From: Eledone cirrhosa
Lineage: Eukaryota
DNA length: 64,000 nt
Assembly (NCBI GenBank): GCA_964016885.1
Contig: OZ024757.1
Coordinates: 23,002,001 to 23,066,000, forward strand
Reading direction: 5' to 3'
Part shown: piece after piece, positions 39,060-52,225 of the stretch
How positions within the stretch are numbered: the first letter of the stretch is position 1
Layout of the letters: each line of letters starts with the position of its first letter
Notes under the pieces: model-generated
The model's database searches: none
Seen by the model: the letters and a program-made list of their open reading frames with translations, nothing else
What the model was told of the DNA's origin: nothing
Position numbers and translations under genes: made by a program

Positions 39060-39870
39060 ACAGAAAACAGCACAGCTCCGATGACTTTCGGAAACATTTT
39101 TTCCCGTTTAGAGTTGCTGAAGCATGGAACAAACCGCCTGCGTCAGTTGTTAGCTGCCGAGACACTGCATCCTTTAAAATCTCCATGGAACAAACTGCCT
39201 GCGTCAGTTGTTAGCTGCCGAGACACTGCATCCTTTAAAACCTCCATGGAACAAACTGCCTGCGTCAGTTGTTAGCTGCCGAGACACTGCTTCCTTTAAA
39301 ACCTCCATGGAACAAACTGCCTGCGTCAGTTGTTAGCTGCCGAGACACTGCATCCTTTAAAACCTCCATGGAACAAACTGCCTGCGTCAGTTGTTAGCTG
39401 TCGAGACACTGCATCCTTTAAAACTTCCATGGAACAAACTGCCTGTGTCAGTTGTTAGCTGCCGAGACACTGCATCCTTTAAAACCTCCATGGAACAAAC
39501 TGCCGGCGTCAGTTGTTAGCTGCCGAGACACTGCATCCTTTAAAACTTCCATGGAACAAACTGCCTGTGTCAGTTGTTAGCTGCCAAGACACTGCATCCT
39601 TTAAAACTTCCATGGAACAAACTGCCTGTGTCAGTTGTTAGCTGTCGAGACACTGCATCCTTTAAAACCTCCATGGAACAAACTGCCTGCGTCAGTTGTT
39701 AGCTGCCGAGACACTGCATCCTTTAAAACCCTCATGCTTCCCGAAATTCGCCAAACCTACACCTGATATCCCCCTTCCATACACATGCACACATGTGTAT
39801 ATCATGACTCATGCACTTTTGATGAGTTGTAGTGCACCTGAGCACTGTACACAATATTTTCATTATTATT
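39060..39870 (+). mobile_element. CR1/L2-like LINE 3' end hosting a minisatellite
   Basis: Translates to ...FFPFRVAEAWNK.PASVVSCRDTASFK..., the RV...WN.LP..VV motif of CR1/L2 ORF2 C-termini, followed by a short 3'UTR and (ATT)n. Confidence 0.7.
39123..39735. repeat. 61-bp minisatellite, about 10 copies
   Basis: Unit CATGGAACAAACTGCCTGCGTCAGTTGTTAGCTGCCGAGACACTGCATCCTTTAAAACCTC; there are no spacers. Confidence 0.95.
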
Positions 39871-40066
39871 GTTGTGTAGAGTGATGTATCATTGTGTTTA
39901 TATACCAGAGGGGAGACTACAATGAGGGAATCAACTTCTGAAGGGTTAATATCAGAAGCTAATTTGGGTTTTATGACACCAGCAATTATTTAAATGATGT
40001 TACTACCATAAATAGAAACATTATGGTATACAAATATATATACATAGGCTCATACATACAATATAC

Positions 40067-40393
40067 GGAGGCACATGGCTTAGTGGTTAGAGCATTGGCC
40101 TTGCAATCGAAAGGTTGTGGGTTCAATTCTCAGACCAGGTGATGTGTTGTTTCCTTGAGCAAGCCACTTTATTTCACATTACTCCAGTTTACTCAGCTGT
40201 AGAAATGAGATGACCACTTTGCAGTGGAATGATAGGGACTGGGGTCCCTATCATTCCACTGCAAAAAAGCACCCAGCACTCACTGTAAAATGAGGTTGGT
40301 GTTAGGAAAGGCATCCAGCTGTAGAAATCAAGCCAGAATCAGTTCCCGTCCCACCCTTGCAAGCAGGGAAAAGCGAACGTAAAATGAAATGAT
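40067..40393 (+). mobile_element. SINE family B with internal micro-inversion
   Basis: Family B consensus; 40218-40265 forms a 22-bp perfect stem. Confidence 0.88.
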
Positions 40394-40402
40394 ATACATA
40401 TA

Positions 40403-40570
40403 TATATTAATAAAAGGAATTCCAACTTTGTCTGATTAACTCGTTTTATTTACAATCCTTTAAAATTATAATGATATTTTAATGAAATAGTATGGTAGAA
40501 TATTAAATGTTAATTGAACAAGTACTTTCATGTTTTCGCAATCTTCAGGTTCACATTCAGTGGTGACAGA
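40403..40570 (-). mobile_element. Penelope-like 3' terminal repeat fragment
   Basis: Aligns with 44505-44682. Confidence 0.82.
40515..40553 (-). ncRNA. Minimal hammerhead (family 1), one stem II mismatch
   Basis: Minus strand reads TGAAC-CTGAAGA-TTGCGAAAACAT-GAAA-GTAC-TT-GTTCA. Confidence 0.7.
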
Positions 40571-40704
40571 TGCCTTAAATTTGTGACTACGCCTACGACC
40601 ATGTCGACCACCACCACCACCACCACCACCACCACCAACAATAATAAAAGTGATGTTCATATATATATATATACATATATACACACATATTCACATACAC
40701 AAAT

Positions 40705-40751
<47 letters not shown>

Positions 40752-40776
40752 GCATGCTCTAATACATACACATACC

Positions 40777-41118
40777 ATCATCATCATCATCGTTTTACGT
40801 CCGTTCTTCCACGCTAGCATGGGTTAGATGGGTTGGCCTGTTGTGGGCAGTGTCCGGTCAGCTGACCTTGTCTTGCTCATACGGGAACTGATTCTGCCTT
40901 GATTTCATCAGCTGGATGCTCTTCCTAACACCAACCTCATTTACAGTGGAATGATAGGGATCCCAGTCCTATCATCTCATTTCTACAGCTGAGTAAACTG
41001 GAGCAATGTGAAATAAAGTGTCTTGCTCAAGGAAACAACACATCACCTGGTCTGAGAATTGAACTCAAAACCTTTTGATTGCAAGCCCAATGCTCTAACC
41101 ACTAAGCCATGTGCCTCC
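40777..41118 (-). mobile_element. SINE family B variant (longer tail subtype)
   Basis: Head CTAACCACTAAGCCATGTGCCTCC and tail TCCGTTCTTCCACGCTAGCATGGG. Confidence 0.85.
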
Positions 41119-41121
41119 ATC

Positions 41122-41155
<34 letters not shown>

Positions 41156-41641
41156 CACACCCAAACATATCATCATCATGCACTAATACATACAAAACAC
41201 AAAGACATAGTAATATGAATACAATCACACATACAAACATACATATATACACGTGTGTATATATATACATACATAGATACATACATAGATACATACATAC
41301 ATACATAAGTGCATATAAACATGTATATACAAATATACAAACATAACTATACGGTTTGTGAAAATGAGCATTAAAATTGTTTGATTAAAATGAAAAACTA
41401 TTTGTGTAATCTTTAAGCATTTAATGTCCTTTGAAGAAGAGAAGAGAAAATCCAGCAATTATTATGAAAACACTTTACAGAGAAATATTTTTCACCAAAA
41501 TAATTTCAAGTAATCTTAATGGGAATTTAGCTAGAATCAAATGAAGATCTCAGTATTTCTAAAACAAGAAATATTTCAGAGCTTTCTTTCTTTCTCTCTC
41601 TCTTTCTTTCTTTCTTTCTCTCCTTTCTTTCTTTCCTTAAT

Positions 41642-41674
<33 letters not shown>

Positions 41675-41675
<1 letters not shown>

Positions 41676-42385
41676 AGCAGTATTGATAGAACATCAGACA
41701 CCCTGTTTTGTGGCATAGAGTTACGGGCTTTTGTGGTCTGAATTCAAATCCCGCTGAGGTTAACTTTGCCTTTCATCCTTACGGGGTCAATAAAATAAAG
41801 TACCAGTAATGCACTAGGGTCGATTTAATAGATTTTCCGCTCCCACAAAATTGTTGGCCTTGTGCCTAAATCAGAAACCATCATTATTATTGGATTGGCA
41901 GTATCGGTAGAGGGTCGGACGCCATGCTTTGACGCATAGAGTTACGGCCCTTGCCATTCTGAGTTCAAATCCTGCCGAGGTTAACTTTACCTTTCATCCT
42001 TACGGGGTCGATAAAATAAAGTACCAGTCACGCACTGGGGTCGATTTAATCGACTTTCCCCTCCCCCAAATTTACTGGCCTTGTGCCTATATAAGAAACC
42101 ATTATTATTGTCCCTTTATGGTCTGAGTTCAAATCCTGCCGAGATTGACTTTGCCTTTCATCCTTACGGGGTCGATAAAATAAAGTACCAGTAATGCACT
42201 GAGTAATTGCAGGCCTTGTGCCTAAAGTAGAAATAATTATTATTATCATTGTAATTAGCAGTACCAGTAGGACATCGGACACCATGCTTTGTGACATAGG
42301 GTCGATAAAATAAGTACCAGTAATGCACTGGAATTGATTATACATATCAAAATTGTTGACCTTGTGCCTAAGCCAGAAACCATTA
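41675..42385 (+). mobile_element. Cluster of about four SINE A copies
   Basis: Repeated family A consensus separated by (ATT)n. Confidence 0.85.
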
Positions 42386-43085
42386 TAATTTTTGTTGTTG
42401 TTGATGTAGTTATTCAACATCTGTTTAACATCAGTTTAACATCTGTTTCTCCAGCTAGCAAGTACTGGGTATGTCATCACAGACCATGTCAGTACTTTCT
42501 CAGAGCCATTGATCTCTCAGATTTGCTAGGACCTAATCTCACTTAAATACAGTTCTACACTCTCCAGATTGCACTGGGTGTCTTTTATAACAGCACCAGG
42601 GAGGTTGCCATGTGTTTAACACATCTGAAGTTACCCATCTACACCTTGTGTGGCAAGTTTTCTATGGCTGGGTGTCCTTCTTACCACCAACAATTTTACA
42701 GAGTGTGCTGGGTATGTTTTATTGTCACTAACACTAAAGATGTTGTTGTGTCCTTGACAAAATTGAAGAATCCTCTCAATCTTTTTTTGACAGCTAGATA
42801 TCCTACTTAGTACCCTAAGTGTCTGCATATTTTGTTTAGTGGTTATCCCACTCCTGGCCATCATATTCCCTTATCTAAACTCCACTTATCCTCCCAAGTG
42901 GGTTTAACATCTCAGACACAAAATAGTCTTTATTCTTCTTTGACCCATGCAACAGCCCACAAACTAAACTACATTTAGCTACACTGCCTTTATTGTATTC
43001 CCTTTATGTATTCACACCATTTACTAATAGAACTACAAATGAATTGAATACAAGAATTGCTGGAGCTGGTGCATTACAGCACCAC

Positions 43086-43535
43086 ACTAGAGTCACACAT
43101 TAGAGATGACTGAGGAAGGAAGGGGTGATGATGTCATACACTAGAGATGACTGAGGAAGGAAGGGGTGATGATGTCATACACTAGAGATGATTGAGAAAG
43201 GAAGGGGTGATGGCGTCATACACTAGAGATGATTGAGGAAGGAAGGGGTGATGACGTCACATAATAGAGATGACTGAGGAAGGAAGGGATGATGATGTCA
43301 TACACTAGAGATGACTGAGGAAGGAAGGGGTGATGACGTCACATAATAGAGATGACTGAGGAAGGAAGGGGTGATGACGTCACACACTAGAGATGACTGA
43401 GGAAGGAAGGGGTGATGACGTCACATAATAGAGATGACTGAGGAAGGAAGGGGTGATGACATCACACACTAGAGATGACTGAGGAAGGAAGGGGTGATGA
43501 CGTCACACACTAGAGATGACTGAGGAATGAAGGGG
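43086..43535. repeat. 41-bp minisatellite, about 11 copies
   Basis: Unit CACTAGAGATGACTGAGGAAGGAAGGGGTGATGACGTCACA. Confidence 0.95.
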
Positions 43536-43867
43536 TTATAACAAACTACAGAGAACAGCATCTAACATTCACTACACGCGTGTGTGCAATCTACACACAC
43601 ACACACACACACACACACTCACGCAGATGCACATATGCGTCAGCATGTTGAAAGATATTATAGTATAATAAATACATCAAACAATGAGAGAGGTATACTA
43701 TAACTGTGTCTCGTTTGCATGATGTAACACTTTGCATGCACCCAGCCAAGGTAAATAGGAAAAGTTGTAATAATATTTTTAAAGATGTTTCTCAACATAG
43801 ATAAAGTACAATGGAGGTCAAAGACTAACATTTATTTCATGGCAGTTTACACTAGAGAAAAAACAAT

Positions 43868-43869
43868 AT

Positions 43870-43901
<32 letters not shown>

Positions 43902-44462
43902 ATATATGTGCATGTATGCATATATGTATATTTATATATGTAGCATGTATGCATATATGTATATGTATATATGTGCATATATGTATATATGTATATATAT
44001 GTGTGTGTGTGTATATATGTGTGTATGTATATATATATATATATATATATGTATATGTATATATATGTATGTATTTATATATGATATATATATATATATA
44101 TATATATACAATATATATGTGCATGTATGCATATATGTATATATGTATATATATGTGTGTGTATGCATATATGTGAGTGTGTATATATATATATGTATAT
44201 ATATGTATGTATTTATATATGATATATATATATATATACAATATATATGTGCATGTATGCGTATATGTATATATGTGCATGTATGCATATAAGTATATGT
44301 ATATATGTATATATATGTGTGTGCGTGTGTATGCATATATGTGAGTGTGTATATATATATATATGTAGATATATGTATGTATTTATATATGATATATATA
44401 TATATATATACACAATATATATGTGCATGTATGCATATATGTATATGTATATATAGATATAG
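43868..44462. repeat. TA/TGTA/TGCA compound satellite (continues 46160-46495 beyond the Penelope insertion)
   Basis: The same motifs (CAATATATATGTGCATGTATGC) occur on both sides of the element. Confidence 0.88.
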
Positions 44463-44627
44463 ATAGGTAAATATACACGGGTGTGTATGATTGTGTATAG
44501 AAGATTATATTAATAAGAGGAATTCCAACTTTGTCTGATTTACTCGTTTTATTTACAATCCTTTAAAATATATATAATGGTATTATAATGAAATAGTATG
44601 ATAGAATATTAAATTCTAAGTGTTAAT

Positions 44628-44666
44628 TGAACAAGTACTTTCATGCTTTCGCAATCTTCAGGTTCA
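44628..44666 (-). ncRNA. Minimal type I hammerhead ribozyme (family 1) in the Penelope 3' repeat
   Basis: Minus strand reads TGAAC-CTGAAGA-TTGC GAAA GCAT-GAAA-GTAC-TT-GTTCA, in the same sense as the ORF. Confidence 0.85.
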
Positions 44667-45041
44667 TGATATGTGGTGACAGTCGAGTTTGCAATTTTCA
44701 ACTGTAATGAGATGGGTAAATTTCCTACCTTTTATACATTTTATACAGAGAAAAGTGGCTCCAGAATGCAAAGCCCTGTAAACTGTATTTCGACCAATCA
44801 GTGTGTAGTTTCACTGAATTACTACAGCTGATTGGTTTAAGCGTCACGGCTGGTTGAGCATGCTAACGACCAATAGTCATATCCAACGTATCAATTGTTT
44901 TGCTTTTTTGAAATGATGAAAATAGCATTTTCTATTAATCATCACCATCAACATCACTTTTATTATTATTATTATTGTTGTTGTTGTTGTTGTTAGTGGT
45001 CGTGGTCATAGTGGTAGTAGAAGTAATACCCCTAGGCGTTA

Positions 45042-46160
45042 TTATTGTTCATTTAGCTTGGGTTTGAATTTATCAATAAAATTCTTTTCTTTGATTTTTC
45101 TCTTGATTTCATTTGGGCTGTGTAATTTGTAGAATGGGAATATTATAAATATTCCCTGACCACATGTTGCCAGGTGGCCGCTTAGGGGTATCTGACGGAC
45201 ATTTGGGTCTCTGATTTGTTGACGGTGTACCCGTGCACGTTCCGATAGTGCATTTCCAGTTTGACCGACATATAGTTCTTCACAATTCGGGCATTTAATG
45301 CAGTAAATTAGATTTCTGCTTTTGCAGTTCATATTTGCATTTGTGAATATTTTTCCAGTTTTTGTTTTCATATATTGACCGGCGTGTATGGATTGACATG
45401 TGCCGCATCGATTATCATTGCATTTAGATACAGTGAATGATTGGTCTTTGTTGTTAAGGTCAAACTTTGCTTTTGTTAGCAATTGCTTCAAATTTTTTGG
45501 CTGTCTTTTACTAAGAGTCAAAGATCGATCTGTGATTAAGCCTTTTAATTCATTACTTTGAGCAATGATCGGTAGGTTTGCTTTGGCAGTGTTGAAGATA
45601 TTCTGGTGACATGGGTTGTGTGTCATTATAAATGGTATGACCAGTTCTTGGTTTCTTCTTCTTTGGGTTGTTCTAAGTTGTTGTATAGGTATTTTTATAG
45701 CCCGCTGTATGCCATTTTCTATAAGTAGAGATGGGTATTTTTGTTTGAGCAAAAATTCTCTTAGTTCTGTTAGGCGTTTGTACCTGGTATTCGTATCTTC
45801 TACAATGGTACAAATTCTTCTGGCTAGGCAGTATGGGATGTTGCGTTTTGTATGAGGTGGATGGCACGACTTAAAATTCAGATATTGATGGGTGTCTGTG
45901 TGTTTATAATATATATCCGTGGTAATGGTGGTGTCGTTTTTGATTATCATTATATCTAGGAATGGTAATTTGGTCCTACTCATCTCTTTTGTGAATTGGA
46001 GAGATGGGTGTAGGTTATTCAGGAGGATATTGAACTCATCCAGAGTATCTAAAGATTCTGTCCAGATGATGAAACAGTCGTCAAGGTATCTCTTCCAAGA
46101 TTTTTCAATGTACTTTCTAAAGTCAGTACTATATTTTTCCTCTATTTCTTGGTAGAGTTG
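45042..46160 (-). CDS. Partial Penelope-like polyprotein: RT (YLDD) plus GIY-YIG endonuclease
   Basis: The frame is open upstream of the tracked ATG: [12 protein letters not shown]...LPFLDIMI...[20 protein letters not shown]; linker CNDNRCGTC; [20 protein letters not shown]...ERARVH. There is no true start codon (truncated). Confidence 0.9.
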   Translation of the reverse strand, partial: QLYQEIEEKYSTDFRKYIEKSWKRYLDDCFIIWTESLDTLDEFNILLNNLHPSLQFTKEMSRTKLPFLDIMIIKNDTTITTDIYYKHTDTHQYLNFKSCHPPHTKRNIPYCLARRICTIVEDTNTRYKRLTELREFLLKQKYPSLLIENGIQRAIKIPIQQLRTTQRRRNQELVIPFIMTHNPCHQNIFNTAKANLPIIAQSNELKGLITDRSLTLSKRQPKNLKQLLTKAKFDLNNKDQSFTVSKCNDNRCGTCQSIHAGQYMKTKTGKIFTNANMNCKSRNLIYCIKCPNCEELYVGQTGNALSERARVHRQQIRDPNVRQIPLSGHLATCGQGIFIIFPFYKLHSPNEIKRKIKEKNFIDKFKPKLNEQ

Positions 46161-46509
46161 TATGCATATAAGTATATGTATATATGTAGATATATGTGTG
46201 TGTATGCATATATGTGAGTGTGCCTATATATATATATATATATGTATGTATTTATATATGATATATATATATACAATATATATGTGCATGTATGCGTATA
46301 TGTATATATGTGCATGTATGCATATAAGTATATGTATATATATGTGTGTGTATGCATATATGTGAGTGTGTTTATATATATATATATATATGTGTGTATA
46401 TGTATTTATATATATATACATATATATATGTATATGTATGTGTGTGTGCATATATGTGAGTGTGTATATATATATGTGTGTACACATATATATAAAATAT
46501 AACATATAT

Positions 46510-47010
46510 CATGATGTGTTTCTCACTCAACATCAAACCTATCGAGTGCAAGTTGGAGACCATCTTCTGTTGAATTGAGTAACACCATGCCGTCTGCCAA
46601 TTCCAGCCGACTGATTTAACACCTGCCAGTCATGATACCACTTCCAACCCACCTGCGTATGTCAATCCAGTTCATGAAAATAATGTACAGGAAAGGTGAC
46701 AGTAGGCACTTTGGAGGTTCCGGCTTCCACATTGAATGCTTTCGATTTAGCACCATTTATCCGAACACAAATACACGGGCATTTGAATAGAGACATCAGG
46801 ACAAGAAGCTGACCATCAATCCCATACTCCTGCACAACCTTCCACACTAGGTCCCACCTGGTCATATGCCTTTTTGAGGTCTACAAGGCATAAATATGCC
46901 TCTTGGCAATACTCCCACTATTTCTCAAAGACCTGCCACAGTGGGCAACAATGAGTGGCTAGAAATACCGGTTATGTGTACAATTCTTGACCACTCATGG
47001 AATGACATCA
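46510..47010 (-). mobile_element. Degraded LINE RT fragment (RTE-like)
   Basis: Minus strand reads QVFEK*WEY...LVDLKKAYDQ...VWKVVQEYGIDGQLL...CVRINGAKSKAF. Confidence 0.75.
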
Positions 47011-47287
47011 ACAGGATCTAAATCAATAAACGAAGGAATTCGATGTTAAAGGACAATAGGAAAATCTGCTTTGTAGAATCGAGACGTATCCGAGGACCTT
47101 GCGATTTTCAGAGTCAGGTTCGATCATCACATCGATCGTGCCTCGAGCTGGTCGCCCGAGAAACAATTGTAATATGTCCAATAAATTCCTTTCGTCGCAA
47201 CACTGATTCTCTTTTCTCTGTGATATCATACTCTGCTCATTGAGAGCATCGAGTGCTCATATGGTCTACCGCATACAACACCAATTA

Positions 47288-47335
<48 letters not shown>

Positions 47336-47403
47336 CCAACAGTAATGGTTGCATTCTTTAAGGGGGTATGTCAATATTTATTTATAAAACTGATCTATAT
47401 TAT

Positions 47404-47470
47404 ATTTTCTCTGATGAAAGCACACCATAATTTAACTTGGTGTCCTTGAAATATGTATAATGAAATAAAT
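47404..47470 (+). ncRNA. Hammerhead-like motif, weak stem I
   Basis: CTGATGA-AAGCACACCA TAATTTAACT TGGTGTCCTT-GAAA-TATG-TA; 9 of 10 bp in stem II, within a short insert next to (TA)n. Confidence 0.45.
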
Positions 47471-47519
47471 ATGGTTTTATAAATATAGTTTCCATTTGTT
47501 AATATCGTATATATATTTA

Positions 47520-48740
47520 TTTCATTTTCATTTCATTTTACGTCCACTTTTTCCCTGCTTGCAAGGGTGGGACGGGAACTGATTCTGGCTTGATTTCTAC
47601 AGCTGGAAGCCCTTCCTAACACCAACCTCATTTACAGTGAGTGCTGGGTGCTTTTTTGCCGTGGCACCTCCACGACCACTTTACAGTGTGGGCTGGGTGC
47701 TTTTTTGTCGTGGCACCTTCACGACCACTTTACAGTGAGTGCTGGGTGCTTTTTTGCCGTGGCACCTCCACGACCACTTTACAGTGTGGGCTGGGTGCTT
47801 TTTTGTCGTGGCACCTTCACGACCACTTTACAGTGAGTGCTGGGTGCTTTTTTGTCGTGGCACCTTCACGACCACTTTACAGTGAGTGCTGGGTGCTTTT
47901 TTGCCGTGGCACCTCCACAACCACTTTACAGTGAGTGCTGGGTGCTTTTTTGCCGTGGCACCTCCACAACCACTTTACAGTGAGTGCTGGGTGCTTTTTT
48001 GCCGTGGCACCTTCACGACCACTTTACAGTGAGTGCTGGGTGCTTTTTTGCCGTGGCACCTCCACAACCACTTTACAGTGAGTGCTGGGTGCTTTTTTGC
48101 CGTGGCACCTCCACAACCACTTTACAGTGAGTGCTGGGTGCTTTTTTGCCGTGGCACCTTCACGACCACTTTACAGTGAGTGCTGGGTGCTTTTTTGCCG
48201 TGGCACCTCCACAACCACTTTACAGTGAGTGCTGGGTGCTTTTTTGCCGTGGCACCTCCACAACCACTTTACAGTGAGTGCTGGGTGCTTTTTTGCCGTG
48301 GCACCTCCACAACCACTTTACAGTGAGTGCTGGGTGCTTTTTTGCCGTGGCACCTCCACAACCACTTTACAGTGAGTGCTGGGTGCTTTTTTGCCGTGGC
48401 ACCTCCACGACCACTTTACAGTGAGTGCTGGGTGCTTTTTTGCCGTGGCACCTCCACGACCAATTTACAGTGAGTGCTGGGTGCTTTTTTGCCGTGGCAC
48501 CTCCACAACCACTTTACAGTGAGTGCTGGGTGCTTTTTTGCCGTGGCACCTCCACAACCACTTTGCAGTGGAATGATAGGGAACTCAGTCCTATCATCTC
48601 ATTTCTACAGCTGAGTAAACTGGAGCAATGTGAAATAACGTGTCTTGCTGAAGGAAACAACACATCACCCGGTCTGAGAATTGAACTCACAACCTTTCGA
48701 TTGCAAGCCCAATGCTCTAACCACTAAGCCATGTGCCTCC
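47520..48740 (-). mobile_element. SINE family B expanded by an internal tandem array
   Basis: Intact tail (47520-47630) and head (48570-48740) bracket the array. Confidence 0.92.
47630..48570. repeat. 49-bp minisatellite, about 19 copies
   Basis: Unit TTTACAGTGAGTGCTGGGTGCTTTTTTGCCGTGGCACCTCCAC(A/G)ACCAC. Confidence 0.95.
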
Positions 48741-49049
48741 ATATATATATATGCACTCTAAAACCACATTATAGTATGCAACCCTCCACACTACATCACC
48801 TAACATATCAAACAGGAAAAGAAAACCATAAAACAAAATGAAAGAAGCCATCCAAGTCCCCGACAATCAATTAACTGACACCTTTATTTTGGCCCTTTAT
48901 CAGACCCCTAGGGAACATCTCAACCATACACAATAGTGGATTATATTAATTCCATGTGCACTCTCAACATTATTCTCCACCAATATATATTATTGTATAT
49001 ATCATATATATTATTCATGTTGCTAAAATGCACTTATTCCTCTATTACT

Positions 49050-50267
49050 ACATATATACATATATACATATATACACATACATGTATACATATACATACA
49101 TTACATACATACATACAAGTATACATACACACACACACCAACATATACAAACAAACATATGCACACACACATACATACATATATACATACATGCATACAA
49201 GTATACATACACACACACACCAACACATACAAACAAACATATATGCACACACACATACATACATACATACATACACACACACAAACACATACAAACAAAC
49301 ATATATGCACACATACATACATACATACATACAAGTATACATACACACACAAACACATACAAACAAACATATGCACACACACATACATACATATATACAT
49401 ACATGCATACAAGTATACATACACACACACACCAACACATACAAACAAACATATATGCACACACACATACATACATACATACATACACACACACAAACAC
49501 ATACAAACAAACATATATGCACACATACATACATACATACATACAAGTATACATACACACACAAACACATACAAACAAACATATATGCACACATACATAC
49601 ATACATACATACATACAAGTATACATACACACACACACCAACACATACAAACAAACATATATGCACACACACATACATTACATACATACATACAAGTATA
49701 CATACACACACACACCAACACATACAAACAAACATATATGCACACACACATATATGCATACCTACACACAAATGCTCAAATATATACATACACATTCATA
49801 TATACACATACATAAGTACACAAGCATACACATGCATACAAATTCATACATTCTCATCCACACAGGCATATATACACATACATACACACATATACACCAC
49901 TCATACATACACACATATACACATACATACATACAAACACACATACACACTCACATATACCCACACACAAACACACACATATACCCACACACATACACAG
50001 ACAGATACATGCACACACACAGATACATGCACACACACACATACACACACACATACATACACACACATAAACACACTCACATATATGCACACACATACAC
50101 ACAGATACATGCACACACATACACACATACACATACACACATACAAACTTACATACACACATACACATACATACAAACAAATACAAATTAGCACACATAC
50201 ACATACATACAAACACCAATAAGCACACATACATATGCCCACACACAAGCACACTCACATATACCCA

Positions 50268-50299
<32 letters not shown>

Positions 50300-50741
50300 G
50301 GTACAAACAGATACATACACCCACATACATACACACACACACACACGCATACATACACAAACAGATACATATACCCACACACATACACACACACACACAC
50401 GCATACATACATACATACATACTACATACATACATAATTACACACACAGATTCATACATACACATACACACATACATACACACATACACAAATACATACA
50501 CACATACATACACACACACATACATAAATACACACATACACACATACATACACACATACATACTACATACACACATACACATACATACATACACATACAT
50601 ACATACATACCTACATACATACACACACACACACATACATACATACACATACATACACACATACATACTACATACACACATACACATACATACATACATA
50701 CACATACACACATACCTACACACACATACACATACATACAT

Positions 50742-50772
<31 letters not shown>

Positions 50773-51045
50773 TACACATACATACATACACATACACACA
50801 TACCTACACACACATACACATACATACATACACATACACACATACACATACATACATACACATACATACATACATACCTACATACACACACACACACATA
50901 CACATACACATACACACATACATACATACATACATACATACACACATACATACACATACCTACACACACACACACATACATACATACATACACACACATA
51001 CATACATACACACACACACATACATACATACATACACACATACAT
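49050..51045. repeat. 2-kb (CA)/(CATA)n compound satellite
   Basis: Direct reading; source of the long H/T/Y/I and V/C/M ORFs. Confidence 0.95.
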
Positions 51046-51245
51046 GTGATGGAATGCACCTCACTTGGTTCCAATGATGAGTTTTCCTGCTCAAACAATG
51101 GAACATACTTCTTGTAAAATTAAGGTGTATGTAACCCTACCCTTTATACAATTCTCAGGAAGATTCAGCACCTCTAATCTTGTACAGGAAATTATATATA
51201 CATCATCATCGATTAACGTCTATCTTCCACGCTAGCATGGATTAC

Positions 51246-51282
<37 letters not shown>

Positions 51283-51353
51283 CAGCATCTTTATTAATGT
51301 TATTATATATACATATATATATATATAATATATAATATAATAATATATAATAT

Positions 51354-51387
<34 letters not shown>

Positions 51388-51421
51388 ATATATATATATA
51401 ATATATAATATAATAATATAT

Positions 51422-51454
<33 letters not shown>

Positions 51455-51496
51455 ATATATATAATATATATATATGCGTGCGCACTTGTTGTGTGC

Positions 51497-51519
<23 letters not shown>

Positions 51520-51535
<16 letters not shown>

Positions 51536-51668
51536 CATACATTATTAGAAATACTAGTTATGTCGAAATAGGAAACAAATGATATATATATATATATATA
51601 TATATACTTTATTTAGATATCAGAATATGTGTTTGTCTGAGTGTAAATATATACATATATATAGAATA

Positions 51669-51719
<51 letters not shown>

Positions 51720-51784
51720 ACTCTTTATATTTGTATACATCCATCACATAATTTAGATACCAGAATATATATATGTGTGTGTGC

Positions 51785-51855
<71 letters not shown>

Positions 51856-52103
51856 CATACATTATTAGAAATACTAGTTATGTTGAAATAGGAAACAAAG
51901 TAATGATATATATATATATATATATAATATACTTTATTTAGTTATCAGAATATGTGTTTGTCTGAGTGTAAATATATACATATATATAGAATATATATGA
52001 GTATATATATATATACATGTGTGTGTGTCTGTGTGTACTCTTTATATTTATATACATCCATCACATAATTTAGATACCAGAATATATATATATGTGTGTG
52101 TGC

Positions 52104-52138
<35 letters not shown>

Positions 52139-52225
52139 CGTGTGTGTGTGTGTGTACTCTTTATATTTATATACATCCATCACATAATTTAGATACCAGA
52201 ATATATATATGTGTGTGTGCGTGTA
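51520..52225. repeat. Local tandem duplication (about 320 bp x2, plus a partial third unit)
   Basis: TTTATACATACATTATTAGAAATACTAGTTATGT occurs at about 51530 and 51850; CATCCATCACATAATTTAGATACCAGAAT occurs three times. Confidence 0.8.

Larger units (their letters stand above)
44465..46160 (-). mobile_element. Penelope-like retroelement (probably Neptune-type), 5'-truncated
   Basis: RT C-terminal half plus GIY-YIG ORF, followed by a 3' repeat carrying a hammerhead; inserted in a TA-rich satellite. Confidence 0.93.

Noticed and set aside
47070-47140. Possible hammerhead on the minus strand (GTGATGA...GGATACGTC)
   Set aside because: Both core segments are mutated and stem II is poorly paired; not distinguishable from chance.
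48936-51098. Long ORFs of 200-430 aa (H/T/Y/I or V/C/M rich)
   Set aside because: Translations of (CA)/(CATA)n satellite that are open in many frames on both strands. The same applies to 6604-8188, 18171-18842, 37543-38270 and 55608-56208.
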